This document shows positions 1 to 10,129 of a stretch of DNA of 64,000 bases, piece after piece. Numbering within the stretch: position 1 is the stretch's first letter; each line of letters opens with the position of its first letter. The translations under genes and the position numbers were made by a program. The stretch covers positions 32,001-96,000 of the forward strand of contig JBCBJQ010000004.1 of NCBI GenBank assembly GCA_038523235.1. Reading direction: 5' to 3'. The notes under the pieces are model-generated. The model did no database searches. It was not told the origin of the DNA and was given only the letters and a program-made list of their open reading frames with translations. Origin of the DNA: Cyanobacteria bacterium J06626_4 (GTDB taxonomy: Bacteria; Cyanobacteriota; Cyanobacteriia; Phormidesmidales; Phormidesmidaceae).

Positions 1-2
1 CT

Positions 3-524
3 TTGGATTTTCCAGATTTGCTTGATCGTTATGGTTTGGGCGAACGCCAATTTCAGCAGGTTTTTCTAAAGTTTGCTGACGGCTTTGAATGTGACCTGCG
101 CGAGGTCGATTTGACCGACGCTGTGATTGATAAAGCGTATTTGCCTTACAGCAATTTAAGCCAGGCGAAGCTGTGTGGCGTCGTGATCAAAGCCGGCAAC
201 TTGGGCGACGCCAAGTTGCTATCAGCCGATTTAGCCCAAGCGCGTCTCAATACGATCAATCTGTCTCGGGCCGATCTACGCTATGCCTGCTTGGCTAAGG
301 CTGATTTGCGTGGCTGTAATTTGAGCCGAGCCGATTTACAGGGAGCTAATTTGCAGGGCGCTGACCTCACTGGAGCTGATTTGACCGGAGCCAATTTATC
401 TCAAGCCAAATTGAAGCAGGCTTGCTTTAATGGAGCTACCCTCTTTCGGGCCGTGGCGGTCAACCTGAATTTAGCGGCCTGCGATCGCACGACGATTTTG
501 CCGAATGGCCATTATTATCAGTGA
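3..524 (+). CDS. Pentapeptide repeat protein (start may lie outside the window)
   Basis: Tandem A(D/N)LxX repeats, e.g. ADLQGANLQGADLTGADLTGANLSQAKL; ends TILPNG. Confidence 0.9.
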   Translation: MDFPDLLDRYGLGERQFQQVFLKFADGFECDLREVDLTDAVIDKAYLPYSNLSQAKLCGVVIKAGNLGDAKLLSADLAQARLNTINLSRADLRYACLAKADLRGCNLSRADLQGANLQGADLTGADLTGANLSQAKLKQACFNGATLFRAVAVNLNLAACDRTTILPNGHYYQ

Positions 525-848
525 GGTAATGCGATCCTCAGCAACTCCGCCTCACCGCTCTCCCCTGCATCGTTCACAGCACTACCCCAGCCGCTGTTCG
601 CCGCAACGGTCATTCTGTCGCAGTGAGCAGACTCTCGAGGCCATCCTTGGAACGCTAGCCAGTCCCGAGGCAGCGGAACAGATTTCTTGTCTTTTTTTAG
701 AGAACCGGGATCACGGCTTTGGCTGCCCGAGTCAAAGGAAAACGCTACCGGGCAAAGCTTCAAGGTATGCTATGCGTATTCTTGACGGGGCTTTAGCTAT
801 GCTTAGGGCTGAGCGCCATTTCTTCTATTGAGTGTGATCGCAAGACCG

Positions 849-3686
849 ATGCGGCATCGTTTCTTTTTCCTTGCAACGCGTGGATGGCAGAGTAGCGGGC
901 TGGTGTTGCTGTGCTTATTAAGCAGCGGAACTGGACTTGCCGCTCCCACCCTCACAGCAACGCGCCCAGTCTTAGCCCAATCGCTCACCGCTCAAGACCA
1001 AGCAGATCTCGAACGGCTGCAACAAGAAGCCAATCTGGCCTTTACCCGCGCCACCACCCTCGTCTCAATTTTGTTGGCAGCCCTAGCGCTCCTGATCGTG
1101 CTCGGGGTCGTCATGCTGTGGTTTTTGCGGCGTTCCGTCGTGCAGGAAGTCGCCACAGTGGTGCGGGGTCAGCTCAATCAAATGACCGACCTGGAACACA
1201 AGATCCGGACGGCCAGCCGAGAGCTGAACAGCGTGTTAAAAGATGCTGAGGCGATCGCCGATGACATTGAGCAAGAAGCCGAAGGCTTTAAAGACACGTT
1301 GGCCGAAAAGCGTCGCGCCTTAACCCAGGCGATTGAAGATATCAACAGCTCCAAGGTGCGCACGCTGAAAGACTGGGAAGAGCAGGTGACCACCCTGCAG
1401 CAGACGCTCAATGAGCTAGACACCAACGTGACTGAACAGGCCGCCGCTGTTAAAACGCAAATGCAGGAGCGCGCCGCTGGGTTTGAAGCCGACGCCACGA
1501 CTCAAACGGCTGAGGTCTTGGCCTCTGTGCAAAGCACGACTCAATCCTTTCAGCAGGCGCTAGCCGCGATCACGGATCAGGTCAATGATCACAAACAGCA
1601 AACGCTGGGGGGGCTGGATACCTCGGCGACCGAGTTTACCGACCGTTTGCAAAATCTGACTGCTGCAGTCGAAGCTACTCGCGATCGCGCCCTGGCCGAC
1701 CTCGAACAACTGCAGGAGGGGTTTGCCCCCTACTTTGAATCGCTGCGGGACAATTTAGAGTCACAGCTAGAGCAATACCAGCAGCGCGTCATGGATGCTA
1801 TGAGCAACCGTCAGCAGGCGGTCGATCAGCAGCTGGATGAGGTACAGGCCAGCGCTTTAGGACATCGCGACCTCGCCCTGCAAACGATGGAGCGATCGAC
1901 GCAGGATTTTGCCGAACAGTTTCGCCAAGTAAAAGATGAAGTGCTGGCTCAACGCGCCAGTGTATTAGCCGATTTAAGACGTTCTTTAGATGATTTTTTG
2001 GGCCAGTTCAGCGGTTATCAAGGCGAAATTGATGCGGGCAAAGCCCAAACCCTGGCCGATATGCAGCAGTCAGCCAATGACTTTGTCGCCCAGTTTGCCG
2101 CGCTGCAGAGTGCGGTTGACGAGCAGCAAGGAGCCACGCTCAACCAGCTAGAAGCCAGTGCGGATAGCTTTCAGCAGCAGTTGGCTCAAATGCTCGACGA
2201 TTTAGAGACGCGCAAAACCGTCACGTGGGAAGACGTGCAGCGCAGTGCCAGCGAATTTACGGCAACGATACAGCAGCTGCAGGGGGAGAGTCGCGATCGC
2301 GCCACGGCCACCCTGGATGCCCTCAATCGTTTAGAAACGGAACTCAGCCGTCAGCTGGGTGAGGTGCGCGATGCCGTCTTTGACCGCCGCGATCGCATGT
2401 TGGGCAAGCTTGATGAATTTGATCAGCGCCTGACTGAGCATGTAGGCTCGTTGGAACAGGCCAGCGCGGAACGGCAGCAGCAGGCTCAACAGCGTTTAGA
2501 AGCGGTGGAAACTGAGTTTGCCGATCAGCTCACGGAACTCCAAAAAGACATTGCCTCTGGCCGCACTGACGTCATTGCCGATCTCGAAGCGGTCAAACGC
2601 ACAGTGCAAGAGCGACTGATCACCCTACAGGCTGAGGCCCAGGGCGAAAAAGAAGCGATCATGCGACGGTTGGGTGAGGTCGTCCCTGAGTATGTGGCCA
2701 ATACCTTTATGGCCAATACGCAGCAGCAGCTCGAAAACGTGACCGGCCTGTTAGAGCGCCTGCAGAGCAATCGACCCACTCTCTTTATGTCGGCGGAAGA
2801 ACGCATTACCGCTGCTGATCAGCTCCTGGCGGATGGCAACTACGTAGCCGCATTAGAGCAATACACCGAAGCGCTAGAGATTCAGCCTGACAATGTCGAG
2901 GTTTGGCTCAAACAGGCCCAGACGTTAGTTGCACTGGAGCGACCGGCAGACGCGATCGCGGCCTTTGACACGGCCCTTGAGCTCGCCCCCCATAACGTAA
3001 CTGCTCATTTCCAGCGAGGGCTGACCCTGCGCACACTCAAGCGCTATGAGGAGGCCTTGGAAGCCTTCGATCGCGTATTGATGCTAGACGCTGAAGATTC
3101 TAAAGCCTGGGTCAACCGGGGGATGGTGTTGGGCCGACTGCGCCGCCGCGAAGAGGCGATCGCGGCTTTTGATAAAGCCCTGGCCATCCAACCGGATTAC
3201 CAAGAAGCCTGGGTCAATCGGGGAGTTTCTTTCGGGGTTTTGCAGCAGCACAGCGAGGCGTTTCAGTCGTTTGATAAAGCGATCGAGATTCAGGCCAACG
3301 ATGCGGTAGCTTGGCTCAATCGGGGCTTGGCCGCCTTGGAGCTGGAGCGCTTTGAGGAAGCGTTGTCATCCTTTGATAAGGCCACCCGCTTTAACCCCCA
3401 GGCCACCAAAGCTTGGGATAATCAGGGACTCGCCCTCATGAAACTGGGCCGCGACGACGAAGCCTTGACCAGCTTCAACAAAGCCTTGGAGATTGACCCT
3501 GATTATGCCAAAGCGCTTTATCACAAAGCCCTGTGCTACAGCCTGCAGCGCGAATATGACATTGCCCTCGAAAACCTCCAGCTAGCCGTCAGGCTCGATC
3601 CCAATCTACGCGCCGATGCCCAGGGCGAATCGGCCTTTAACGATTTGCGCAATGACGATTGGTTCCGCGAACTGGTAGGTCTGTAG
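849..3686 (+). CDS. Membrane-anchored coiled-coil protein with C-terminal TPR array
   Basis: N-terminal signal-like segment and TM helix (LVSILLAALALLIVLGVVMLWFL); long Q/E/A-rich helical repeats; C-terminal TPRs (AWVNRGxxL...EEAIAAFDKAL). ATG at 849 preferred over TTG at 828. Confidence 0.85.
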   Translation: MRHRFFFLATRGWQSSGLVLLCLLSSGTGLAAPTLTATRPVLAQSLTAQDQADLERLQQEANLAFTRATTLVSILLAALALLIVLGVVMLWFLRRSVVQEVATVVRGQLNQMTDLEHKIRTASRELNSVLKDAEAIADDIEQEAEGFKDTLAEKRRALTQAIEDINSSKVRTLKDWEEQVTTLQQTLNELDTNVTEQAAAVKTQMQERAAGFEADATTQTAEVLASVQSTTQSFQQALAAITDQVNDHKQQTLGGLDTSATEFTDRLQNLTAAVEATRDRALADLEQLQEGFAPYFESLRDNLESQLEQYQQRVMDAMSNRQQAVDQQLDEVQASALGHRDLALQTMERSTQDFAEQFRQVKDEVLAQRASVLADLRRSLDDFLGQFSGYQGEIDAGKAQTLADMQQSANDFVAQFAALQSAVDEQQGATLNQLEASADSFQQQLAQMLDDLETRKTVTWEDVQRSASEFTATIQQLQGESRDRATATLDALNRLETELSRQLGEVRDAVFDRRDRMLGKLDEFDQRLTEHVGSLEQASAERQQQAQQRLEAVETEFADQLTELQKDIASGRTDVIADLEAVKRTVQERLITLQAEAQGEKEAIMRRLGEVVPEYVANTFMANTQQQLENVTGLLERLQSNRPTLFMSAEERITAADQLLADGNYVAALEQYTEALEIQPDNVEVWLKQAQTLVALERPADAIAAFDTALELAPHNVTAHFQRGLTLRTLKRYEEALEAFDRVLMLDAEDSKAWVNRGMVLGRLRRREEAIAAFDKALAIQPDYQEAWVNRGVSFGVLQQHSEAFQSFDKAIEIQANDAVAWLNRGLAALELERFEEALSSFDKATRFNPQATKAWDNQGLALMKLGRDDEALTSFNKALEIDPDYAKALYHKALCYSLQREYDIALENLQLAVRLDPNLRADAQGESAFNDLRNDDWFRELVGL

Positions 3687-3831
3687 GGTTGGTCGTCAGT
3701 TCCTCATTAATCCGGTTTCTGAAGCTCTGACAAGCCACACTATGGCATCAACATCACTCTAAAATTAGGAACTAATCGTTCAACTCGTTGTTGCCGCTCA
3801 TAATCCTTTGCCCAAGGTAATCGCTAAACCG

Positions 3832-4329
3832 ATGTCGCCCATTGCCTCTCGCCTCTCTGATACTGAATTGAGCCAGCGCATTCTCGAGATGGCGAAAACT
3901 GGTGTCTATCGAGAGTCGATCTTTGAGGCGTTTCGATCGCTAGCGACCAAACAACAGATTCGCCGGGCGATCACCCACACTAAACAGTTCGGGCTGTATT
4001 CCGTTAAAGAACTCAGAGATGCTGAACTCGGCACTTACTATCAGATTGATCTCGCCAAATATGAGTCCTTTGCTGCCGCGCTGCAGGCCTCGGTACCCAT
4101 GCCGGTGGGCGATGATTTAGCTGCCCAACTGCTGGCCAGTACACAAGCAATTCGGACTATGTTGGCGATTGCGGGTAGCGGCACCCTGATTTTTTTGGTC
4201 GGGGGCAGCCTCTGCTTGCTCACCGGACATTTGCAAAGTGGTCGCTTGGCCTGGGCTAGCGCCGCTAGTCTTGGTTCAATATGGCTGTTGCAGCACAAAC
4301 TGGCGAATGCTCAGGGGCACAGACGTTAG
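3832..4329 (+). CDS. Conserved-looking cyanobacterial hypothetical membrane protein
   Basis: Soluble N-terminus (ILEMAKTGVYRESIFE) followed by two C-terminal hydrophobic helices; start uncertain (3808 or 3832). Confidence 0.65.
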   Translation: MSPIASRLSDTELSQRILEMAKTGVYRESIFEAFRSLATKQQIRRAITHTKQFGLYSVKELRDAELGTYYQIDLAKYESFAAALQASVPMPVGDDLAAQLLASTQAIRTMLAIAGSGTLIFLVGGSLCLLTGHLQSGRLAWASAASLGSIWLLQHKLANAQGHRR

Positions 4330-4751
4330 CGTATAAAGCCCACTTCATAAATCTGGGGGCGTATCGCCATTCATCGCTCAATTCTTGCAGGCTAGGGACG
4401 ACCAATTTTACCCCGAGGCCATGAATAGCTACTCTCTAGGCTGACACTCTTTGCCTATGGCCCCGCCGACAGCAAACTGTGCCTCCATCAACAAGCGGCT
4501 ATGAAGACAACGCGATGGTGCCCTTAGGGAATCTACGGAAATCTATCATCCGTGTTTTCAACGACTCATTCCCCTCTCTTCACCCGACGGCAGGCAGGAA
4601 TGAGCCCATTTTGGAGGACTCTTCACACACTTTATGGGGATCGCGATTCGCCATGAAGTTTTTATGAACCTTGTCCTCAGGGCTTTTACGGATATAGGGA
4701 CTCCGAATACTCTGGAGATGTTCAAAGGGGTAATCAAGGAGTTGAGTTTTT

Positions 4752-5465
4752 GTGGTTAACATCTCTAGCCAGTCCGCCACCTCGTTCAACCTTGAGATTG
4801 CTGAGACCGCGCCGGTCAATAATGCCACCCTCGATGATTTGTCGAGCCTGCCCGCTAAGCACCCTTCGGTGACTAACCTCTTCAAGCGGTGTTTAGATAT
4901 CCTTGGGGCATCAGTCGGATTGCTCATCACGGCTATCTTGTTTGTGCCGATTGCGATCGCGATTCAAGTTGATAACCCAGGACCCATCCTTTACAGCCAG
5001 GTCCGCTGTGGCCATCGAGGCAAAACATTCCGCATTTGGAAATTCCGCTCAATGGTGACCAATGCGGATGCCATCAAGCACTTAATTGAAAATGAGGCGC
5101 AAGGGCTCATTTTCAAAAACAAAAACGATCCGAGAATTACCCGCGTGGGCGCTTTTTTAAGAAAAACCAGCCTGGACGAATTCCCTCAGTTTTTGAACGT
5201 TTTGCTGGGAGATATGAGTCTGGTAGGCACTCGCCCGCCGACCGTGGACGAGGTGATGAGCTATGAGCCGCATCATTGGGAGCGCTTAAACGTCAAGCCC
5301 GGCATTACGGGAGAATGGCAAGTACATGGCCGCTCCTCAGTCACCGACTTTGAGGCGATCGTTGGCATGGATTTGCAATACCAGTCGAAATGGTCGGTTT
5401 TCTACGATATTCGACTGATTTTTGAGACCGTTTTAGCCGTGCTCTACCGCAAAGGTGCCTATTAA
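4752..5465 (+). CDS. Sugar transferase (priming phosphoglycosyl transferase, WcaJ/WbaP C-terminal family)
   Basis: Motifs KRxxDI, KFRSM, DPRITRVGAFLRKTSLDEFPQ, GDMSLVGTRP, KPGITG. Confidence 0.93.
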   Translation: MVNISSQSATSFNLEIAETAPVNNATLDDLSSLPAKHPSVTNLFKRCLDILGASVGLLITAILFVPIAIAIQVDNPGPILYSQVRCGHRGKTFRIWKFRSMVTNADAIKHLIENEAQGLIFKNKNDPRITRVGAFLRKTSLDEFPQFLNVLLGDMSLVGTRPPTVDEVMSYEPHHWERLNVKPGITGEWQVHGRSSVTDFEAIVGMDLQYQSKWSVFYDIRLIFETVLAVLYRKGAY

Positions 5466-5898
5466 TTGGTTTCAATATCATCACTTGGAGACGATGTTTG
5501 TTGCTACCAGATGCGCAATGTGAACGTTTTTGTGAGACAGCAGGTTGCCAAGGGCAATGTGCTGTCTTTTAGTGTGGCTGTGCCTGAGTAGAAAGCCCTG
5601 ATTTTCCGTCGAAGACATTCACGATCACTCATGCATCACAGTCCGGTAGAGCGGTGTTGACGACTGTGCTGAACAGCGCCCGACTGCATGATTTAGTTGA
5701 CCTGAGTTTGGGATCAGGGCATCGAGCTGCTTACCCGTCGGTCGAGGCGATCATTCCCTTTGGGGTAGGGTGCCAAAGGCGGGGTGGGTATCGAGCATCC
5801 GGCTGAGAGGGGTTAAGCCAAACTGGCGTTAGTTATGGGCATCGACTCATCTCAAAAAATCGGCCTAGATGACGTCTCATGCACCAAGTCATGCTGAC

Positions 5899-6252
5899 CT
5901 AATCGGATAATTCAGATGATACCGATCTCTGGCTGGTCAGTTGCGCTAAAAACTGTCGCAAATACTGATTGGCTTGAGGGTAGTCACAACCAGTCTTACT
6001 GGCCGTTAGCTGCTCTAAAATCACCAGCCAGTCTAAATCCATCACTGGACGAATCAACTCATCAGAGCAAATGATGTCAGGGCCATCGCGCAGGTCTAAA
6101 AATTCTGGCTGGCCGTCGGTCGGTTGGGAAGACAGCAAAGACAGGGGACGTAACCAACAGTTGTGGCGCTCTGCAATATGTTGAACCAGCTCTCCATAAA
6201 GGCGGGCATTACCGCACTGAATATAGACAACTTGATAAGCAACAACGCCCAT
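5899..6252 (-). CDS. Hypothetical protein
   Basis: 117-aa ATG ORF filling the gap and divergent from clpS; no recognised motif. Confidence 0.65.
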   Translation of the reverse strand: MGVVAYQVVYIQCGNARLYGELVQHIAERHNCWLRPLSLLSSQPTDGQPEFLDLRDGPDIICSDELIRPVMDLDWLVILEQLTASKTGCDYPQANQYLRQFLAQLTSQRSVSSELSD

Positions 6253-6625
6253 GATTCGGTGACTCTGGAGTTTTCATCACTTGGTTTCCCTTCAGCCTAG
6301 CTCGATTCGCGATCGCCGCCCTCACTAGGGCCACAAAAGGCGAAAATTTTGTGATTCCAACAAGATATGGTGTAATCAATCGCCCGCGCCGCTAAAACTG
6401 TCTGGGTCGCTGGCGCTATCTTTGTCACCTTTGAGAATCTCCATTAAGCTTTAAGAAGTTTGCTGGTAACTGCAGAGCCCATCACCGAGTGACGGTGTTA
6501 AGGCCAGTCTGTCTGTCTCAAAGTCCTACAGTTGGTGCTGGGCATTCGGGAGGCGCTGGGCGATCGCTCAAGCCAAAGCAGGTATCAATCAGTCTGAGTC
6601 GTTTAGTTTGTGATTTGAGGCGCCT

Positions 6626-6916
6626 ATGGTGGCTGTCGAAACGATTGAAAGTCGCTCAACATCCACAGTTCGAAAACCAGCCCCGCGCTATCGCGTATTG
6701 CTGCACAATGACGACTTTAATTCGATGGAACACGTCGTTGAATCTTTAATGAAAGTCGTCCCTAGCCTGTCGATGCCGCAGGCCGTCAATATCATGATGC
6801 AAGCCCACGTAGCAGGCGTGGCTGTCGTGATTATTTGTGCCCTCGAACATGCTGAGTTTTATTGTGAAGGGCTCAAAGGCCAAGGCCTTACCAGCTCGAT
6901 TGAACCTGAGGAGTAA
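6626..6916 (+). CDS. clpS: ATP-dependent Clp protease adaptor ClpS
   Basis: PRYRVLLHNDDFNSMEHVV motif; ends EHAEFYCEGL...SSIEPE. Confidence 0.96.
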   Translation: MVAVETIESRSTSTVRKPAPRYRVLLHNDDFNSMEHVVESLMKVVPSLSMPQAVNIMMQAHVAGVAVVIICALEHAEFYCEGLKGQGLTSSIEPEE

Positions 6917-6925
6917 CCCCCCACG

Positions 6926-7828
6926 TTGAGCAGGCTGTGGGATTGGCTGCGGCATCGTCCTGCTCTTGTCAGGGCGATTACCTATGTATTGGCCGTCGTG
7001 TTGGTGTCATCGCCCGTCGTGGTGCCCCTCTATCAGCACGAATATGCTGCCACCAATGGGCGATCGGTCATTTGGGCACCGCTCCTACTCTGTGCCGTGT
7101 TTGCCAGTTGTCTGCCCCTGTGGCTACGGCGAGTCCACCGCTGCTCAACACCCTGGGCGGTGCTGGGTTTCTCGGGTGGATTAACCTGGTGGCGGGGCTG
7201 GTTAACAGCGTTTGGGGCCGGGGCTGTGGGGGTGATGTTGCTCTACAGCTGTCAGATGTTTCTTGGTTGGGGGCAGTGGGTTAATTCCAGCGACACCCCG
7301 CTCATCCGCAATCTGTTAGAAGGGTTGCTGGTAGGAATTGGGGTAGGACTGGCAGAGGAACTAATCTTCCGAGGTTGGCTGCTATTTGAGCTGGAACAAG
7401 ACTATGTCGCACCAGTTGCCCTCTGGGTGAACGCAGGCATCTTTGCGATCGCCCATTACCTGCGTCCCCTGGCAGAAATCATCAAAACCTGGCCGCAATT
7501 TGTCGGACTTTGCTTATTGGGCGCCGCGCTGGTCTGGGCGCGGCGCGTCCCGACGAGGCTCACACGCCAGTCCCGCTGGACCACCACTCTCGGCCTGGCA
7601 ACCGGACTGCACGGTGGCCTCGTATTTGCCTACTATCAATTTGATGTGAATGATTGGATTGTTGCAACGGATGACGTTCCAGCCTGGGTCACTGGCGTGG
7701 GGGGCAATCCGCTCGCGGGGCTGCTGGGACTGATGTTTTTGAGTGCGATCGCCTACGCCACCTACGTGGCCAGCCATCCACCCTATCCGCCCCAGTCGGG
7801 GATGAAGAGTGCCTTTCGCCGACGTTAA
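6926..7828 (+). CDS. CPBP (Abi/CAAX protease-like) intramembrane metalloprotease
   Basis: EELIFRG, FAIAH and GLHGG motifs in a multi-TM protein. Confidence 0.88.
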   Translation: MSRLWDWLRHRPALVRAITYVLAVVLVSSPVVVPLYQHEYAATNGRSVIWAPLLLCAVFASCLPLWLRRVHRCSTPWAVLGFSGGLTWWRGWLTAFGAGAVGVMLLYSCQMFLGWGQWVNSSDTPLIRNLLEGLLVGIGVGLAEELIFRGWLLFELEQDYVAPVALWVNAGIFAIAHYLRPLAEIIKTWPQFVGLCLLGAALVWARRVPTRLTRQSRWTTTLGLATGLHGGLVFAYYQFDVNDWIVATDDVPAWVTGVGGNPLAGLLGLMFLSAIAYATYVASHPPYPPQSGMKSAFRRR

Positions 7829-8322
7829 TCCACTAAAATTTCGGATTCGCTGTCTTCGACCGCATCTGAGAGGGTGCCCAGCTCCGAATTCAGCGCTTCT
7901 TGCGCCTCTAGTAGCTGTTCGATACTCTCAAAGGGATACGGCTGAGTAAACAGCACACTGTTGTTCAGACAGACGAGCATCTCAGCGGCAAACTCGTAGC
8001 GGGTAACTAATTCATCACCGCGAAAGGTGCCATCGGGATACCCTTCCAGGCAGCCGTAGTTGTTGATCAGAGTATTGACAGCGCTGTAGGCCCAGTGGGT
8101 GGGGGCGACATCGGCAAAGCCACCGTCAGGCAAAACTTGAGCCTGTTGGGGAGCCGCCATCTCCAGGCTAGTGCTGACCGGAGCCGCGAGCGTTGGCAGG
8201 GGTACGTCTGTCATTGAGGCGGTTGGCTCTGCAATAGAATCGGCGATCGCGCCCGGTGTCAGCAGAGCCATGCCTAAAGCGGTTAATCCGATGGCGCCAA
8301 TGGAGAGAACGGGTGTTTTCAT
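7825..8322 (-). CDS. Secreted S-layer homology (SLH) domain protein, resembling a porin N-terminus without the beta-barrel
   Basis: Signal peptide, then FADVAPTHWAYSAV...YGCLEGYPDGTFRG...TRYEFAA, then a short acidic helix. Confidence 0.82.
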   Translation of the reverse strand: MKTPVLSIGAIGLTALGMALLTPGAIADSIAEPTASMTDVPLPTLAAPVSTSLEMAAPQQAQVLPDGGFADVAPTHWAYSAVNTLINNYGCLEGYPDGTFRGDELVTRYEFAAEMLVCLNNSVLFTQPYPFESIEQLLEAQEALNSELGTLSDAVEDSESEILVD

Positions 8323-8487
8323 CAGAGATCCGAGTGGGGTTTGAAGGATGACAGCTGCAGACAACGAGCAAAACCAGCGCCAGGGCAAAGAGGCGATGCC
8401 AAACAGTCGTTAGACGTCCTTAAATGAATGGTAATATGCGATTCGCGAAATGGGGAGTTGTCGGCATTGTGGAAGGAAAAGCGCGCT

Positions 8488-9417
8488 ATGGCCAATTCAT
8501 ATGTAGTCTCGGTACCAGCGACCACGGCCAACCTTGGGCCGGGGTTTGACTGTTTAGGCGCTGCCCTGACCCGCTACAACCGGTTTACGTTCACGCCGCT
8601 AACTGGCGCTGAACCCCTGCAAATCACTGTGACCGGTGCCGAGCACGAGCGCGTCGCTACGGATGCCTCAAATCTCGCCTATGTCGCTTTTCGTCAGTTT
8701 TTTGCCCACATCCACCAGCCGGTGCCGCCCGTGCGATTGCAGATTGAGCTGGGCCTGCCGCTGGCTCGGGGCTTAGGCAGCTCATCGACGGCGATTGTGG
8801 GCGGTATTTTAGGCGCCAACGCCTTGGCTGACCAGGTCTTAAATACCGCTGAACTGGCGCAGCTAGCCACCGCGATCGAGGGCCATCCTGACAATGTGGT
8901 GCCCGCCCTATTGGGGGGCTGCCGGCTGGCCACGGCCAATGAGGCCGGCGATGGCACGATTTGTGAAGTGCCCTGGCAGGCCGCCATCATTCCTATCGTG
9001 GCAATCCCCGCCTTTGAGATTTCAACCGCGAAAGCACGGCAGGTTTTGCCCCAGCACTATTCCCGTGCGGATGCTGTCTACACGCTGGGGCATCTGGGGT
9101 TGCTGATGCAAGCGTTAGCCACTGGCAATGGTGATTGGCTCGCCACGGCCCTGGGCGATCGCATCCATGAGCCCTATCGCAAAACCTTGATACCGGGCTA
9201 TGAGGCCGTGAGCCAAGCCGCTCGTCAGGCCGGGGCCTATGGGGTCACCATCAGTGGTGCTGGTCCGACTCTGTTAGCATTGGGCGGTCCGGCTCAGGCG
9301 GCAGCGATCGCCCAGGCGATGACCATCACTTGGCAGCAGCAAGGCATTGACGTGGTAGATGCCTGTCCCCTCGCGATCGATACGACAGGAGCCACCGTGA
9401 CCGCAATCGATGCGTAG
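8488..9417 (+). CDS. thrB: Homoserine kinase
   Basis: VPATTANLGPGFD, PLARGLGSSS (GHMP motif), EGHPDN, ISGAGPT. Confidence 0.96.
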   Translation: MANSYVVSVPATTANLGPGFDCLGAALTRYNRFTFTPLTGAEPLQITVTGAEHERVATDASNLAYVAFRQFFAHIHQPVPPVRLQIELGLPLARGLGSSSTAIVGGILGANALADQVLNTAELAQLATAIEGHPDNVVPALLGGCRLATANEAGDGTICEVPWQAAIIPIVAIPAFEISTAKARQVLPQHYSRADAVYTLGHLGLLMQALATGNGDWLATALGDRIHEPYRKTLIPGYEAVSQAARQAGAYGVTISGAGPTLLALGGPAQAAAIAQAMTITWQQQGIDVVDACPLAIDTTGATVTAIDA

Positions 9418-9604
9418 CGTCATTACGCATCCCTAACTGGGTGACAACTGCTTAAAGCGCTTGCTGCATCAAAGATCGAGTTTGATCTGTACTGACAATA
9501 GAGTTGTTTATGGGGCTTGAGCGCCATCAGTTGAGCGGCCCCATTGCCCTATATTGCATGCTACGAAGCCGCCTCTGATCGTTGGAGTGAGACCGCCAAT
9601 CAGA

Positions 9605-10129
9605 TTAATCGGGATACCAAAACATGCCTTTGATCCCTTCTGGATCGGGCATGAATCCTAGATTGCGGTAAAAATCCACCACATGTGGATCGGCGAACAA
9701 CGTGACGTTGCTGATATCTTCGCTGCGGAGCTTTTTGATGAGCTGCTTCATCAGCGTTTTGCCCAAGCCCTTGCCCTGATAGTCAGGGTGGATCACGACA
9801 TCCCAAATGGTGGCATTAAAGGCATGGTCAGACGTCGCGCGCGAAAACCCAACCAGGCGACGGCGGCTACCTTGCTGTTCCCACATCGTCACGACTAAGA
9901 AGCTATGCTGAATCGCCTTGCGCACTTTGCGAATCGGTCGTCGAGCCCAGCCCACAGCATCACATAGCTCCTCTAATTCGTAGAGGTCGATGTCTCGATC
10001 AGTGCTAAAGGTGATTTGAGCGCCGCGATCTGGATTGGAGACCTCGGTCAGCGTATTGGCTGATGACGCTTGTTCCCGAGGGGGGAGGTCGGCCTCAGCA
10101 CCGTTAAATAAGCTTTTCCAGAAACCCAT
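9605..10129 (-). CDS. ycf52: GNAT N-acetyltransferase, Ycf52/NSI-SNAT-like
   Basis: Start [30 protein letters not shown] acetyl-CoA loop, C-terminal GIKGMFWYP. Confidence 0.85.
   Translation of the reverse strand: MGFWKSLFNGAEADLPPREQASSANTLTEVSNPDRGAQITFSTDRDIDLYELEELCDAVGWARRPIRKVRKAIQHSFLVVTMWEQQGSRRRLVGFSRATSDHAFNATIWDVVIHPDYQGKGLGKTLMKQLIKKLRSEDISNVTLFADPHVVDFYRNLGFMPDPEGIKGMFWYPD

Noticed and set aside
505..831. 108-aa ORF between the pentapeptide and TPR genes
   Set aside because: Overlaps the upstream gene's end and has an S/R/P-rich, non-protein-like composition
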